A DNA stretch of 64,000 nucleotides from Candidatus Parcubacteria bacterium. GTDB lineage: Bacteria; Patescibacteriota; Minisyncoccia; Phycocordibacterales; PALSA-1337. Below the pieces are notes generated by a model. That model searched no databases. It had not been told where the DNA came from and saw only the letters and a list, made by a program, of their open reading frames with translations. Shown here piece by piece: positions 62,905-64,000 of this stretch (its first letter is position 1; each line of letters starts with the position of its first letter). The translations under genes were made by a program, and so were the position numbers. The stretch is from NCBI GenBank assembly GCA_028286835.1, contig JAQBQT010000027.1, forward strand, positions 14,442 through 78,441. Reading direction: 5' to 3'.

Positions 62905-63333
62905 TTATTTGTTTGGATCAAATTCTATGATCCACTCGATACCGTATTTATCCCTAAACATGCCAGCATATGTTCCCCATGGACTGTCACCAAGAGGTCC
63001 TTCTACCTGTCCTCCGGCCGAAAGCCCGTTACATACTCTTTCAGCTTCTTCTTTGCTGTCTATTCCTAGATGGATTTTGCTTCTATTCTCATTTTCATTT
63101 ACCTTTCCCATAAATTCGGGTACATCATTTCCTATGAGCATGTTCGCGTCACCGATAGGCAGAATGATCTGCAAGATCTTGTTCGCATCCTTTTCTGCAA
63201 CCGGGAATTCAGTACCTGAAAGATCCTTGAAACGGATCACTTTCGTGAACTCGCCGCCAAAAACAGATCTGTAAAAATCAAACGCCTCTTCGGCATTGCC
63301 ATTAAAATTGATCCAGGGGCTTATTGTTGTCAT
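62905..63333 (-). CDS. VOC-family (glyoxalase/bleomycin-resistance fold) protein, PhnB-like
   Basis: The 142-aa product shows the PhnB-like pattern WINFNGNAEEAFDFYRSVFGGEF. Confidence 0.65.
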   Translation of the reverse strand: MTTISPWINFNGNAEEAFDFYRSVFGGEFTKVIRFKDLSGTEFPVAEKDANKILQIILPIGDANMLIGNDVPEFMGKVNENENRSKIHLGIDSKEEAERVCNGLSAGGQVEGPLGDSPWGTYAGMFRDKYGIEWIIEFDPNK

Positions 63334-63372
63334 GACTATAACTATATAATATTTTTAAATTTTAACTGTCTT

Positions 63373-63774
63373 TCAGACAGTCTTGATCTGACGCATATAG
63401 AAAACATTCCACTTGTGATGATCGACGTCTGCAAAGCTTCTGCCATATATCGTACCCATATCTGCCGGTTCGTGAAGCTCTGAAGCGCCAGCTTTGATGG
63501 CGCCATCAACCAATGAATCGACTTCTTCTTTGCTATCCATCCCGATTGCGATGAGCACCTCGTTCCCTTTGGAAGCATCAGCCAATTCACCCATAGACGC
63601 TTCTTTGAAATGGGGCTCAGGCAGTAGCGCAAGAAACACATTTTCAGTCACATCGAAACAGGTTGCATTTTCATCCGTGAATTCAGGATTGATCAAAAGC
63701 CCCATTTGGGAGAAAAACGCCTTTGACCTTTCGATATCTTTGACAGGCAGATTAAAAATGATTTGTTTTGACAT
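63373..63774 (-). CDS. VOC-family (glyoxalase-fold) protein
   Basis: The 133-aa product has the pattern NLPVKDIERSKAFFSQMG. It forms a second VOC gene in tandem with the previous one. Confidence 0.6.
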   Translation of the reverse strand: MSKQIIFNLPVKDIERSKAFFSQMGLLINPEFTDENATCFDVTENVFLALLPEPHFKEASMGELADASKGNEVLIAIGMDSKEEVDSLVDGAIKAGASELHEPADMGTIYGRSFADVDHHKWNVFYMRQIKTV

Positions 63775-63803
63775 GATGATTTGTGTTAATTATTTCTTCT
63801 ATT

Positions 63804-64000
63804 TTAGTGGCTACCCCCTCGAAGGACCTTCTTTTCTGTAACCTTATAAATTCTGCCCTTGGAATCATATGTCGTCCATTTGCCGGCAGGTTCTCCACTC
63901 TTAAAGGTTCCGGAGCGTTTGAGCGTCCCATCAGGGCGATACCATTCCCAATACCCATTCGGCTTTCCGTCCTTAACCTTCCCCCTTGACCATACAGTCT
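63804..64000 (-). CDS. MORN-repeat (YwqK-like) protein, 5' end beyond the window
   Basis: Manual translation of the minus strand gives ...GKPNGYWEWYRPDGTLKRSGTFKSGEPAGKWTTYDSKGRIYKVTEKKVLRGGSH followed by a stop. G-x-W-x-x-Y repeats of the MORN type are visible. Confidence 0.5.
   Translation of the reverse strand, partial: TVWSRGKVKDGKPNGYWEWYRPDGTLKRSGTFKSGEPAGKWTTYDSKGRIYKVTEKKVLRGGSH

Noticed and set aside
1-64000. Mobile-element hallmarks: transposase, integrase, phage structural genes, long terminal inverted repeats.
   Set aside because: None of the ORF translations show DDE, tyrosine-recombinase (R..HxxR..Y) or serine-recombinase motifs. The only composition anomaly is the 1.9-kb AT-rich islet.

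Overview
The window is a gene-dense bacterial chromosomal segment, about 85% coding and mostly on the minus strand. Most of it is housekeeping. It starts with the tail of a ribosomal-protein operon (rpsK partial, rpsM, rpmJ, infA), followed by alaS, pepF, a family-4 UDG, mnmA, mltG, leuS, ychF, zwf, ddl, pyrF, uvrC, uvrA, uvrB, a pentose-phosphate/glycolysis block (split transketolase, rpe, rpiB, gap), a DEAD-box helicase, an ECF sigma factor, an MFS efflux pump with two membrane-fusion proteins, and cell-wall peptidases. A cluster of five tRNA genes lies at 22.5-24.3 kb (Val-CAC, Ala-GGC, Pro-CGG, Ala-CGC, Ala-UGC). No CRISPR array, rRNA or recognisable transposase/integrase was found. The truncated AlaRS, the split transketolase and the many small membrane proteins are reminiscent of reduced-genome lineages such as Patescibacteria/CPR; this is inference only and the taxon is not determinable from the window.

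The most unusual observation is in leuS: the 1130-aa leucyl-tRNA synthetase carries two in-frame enzymatic insertion domains, a complete NUDIX hydrolase and a YdeN/RBBP9-type serine hydrolase, at the entry to its CP1 editing domain. Other loci worth a second look are: (1) a compositionally distinct AT-rich three-gene islet (RfaE-II-like nucleotidyltransferase, NUDIX, histidine phosphatase); (2) an ATP-cone/Mrr-like nuclease fusion; (3) a 114-nt intergenic element closed by a perfect 16-bp inverted repeat; (4) a conserved hairpin repeat downstream of two tRNA-Ala genes, bracketing a PEP-CTERM protein gene; (5) a RecB-like nuclease next to a DnaQ-exonuclease/GIY-YIG fusion; (6) a sortase with a candidate substrate; (7) a DedA-GT2-GT2-UppP lipid-carrier module.

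All calls come from reading the sequence and the supplied ORF translations. No database searches were run.
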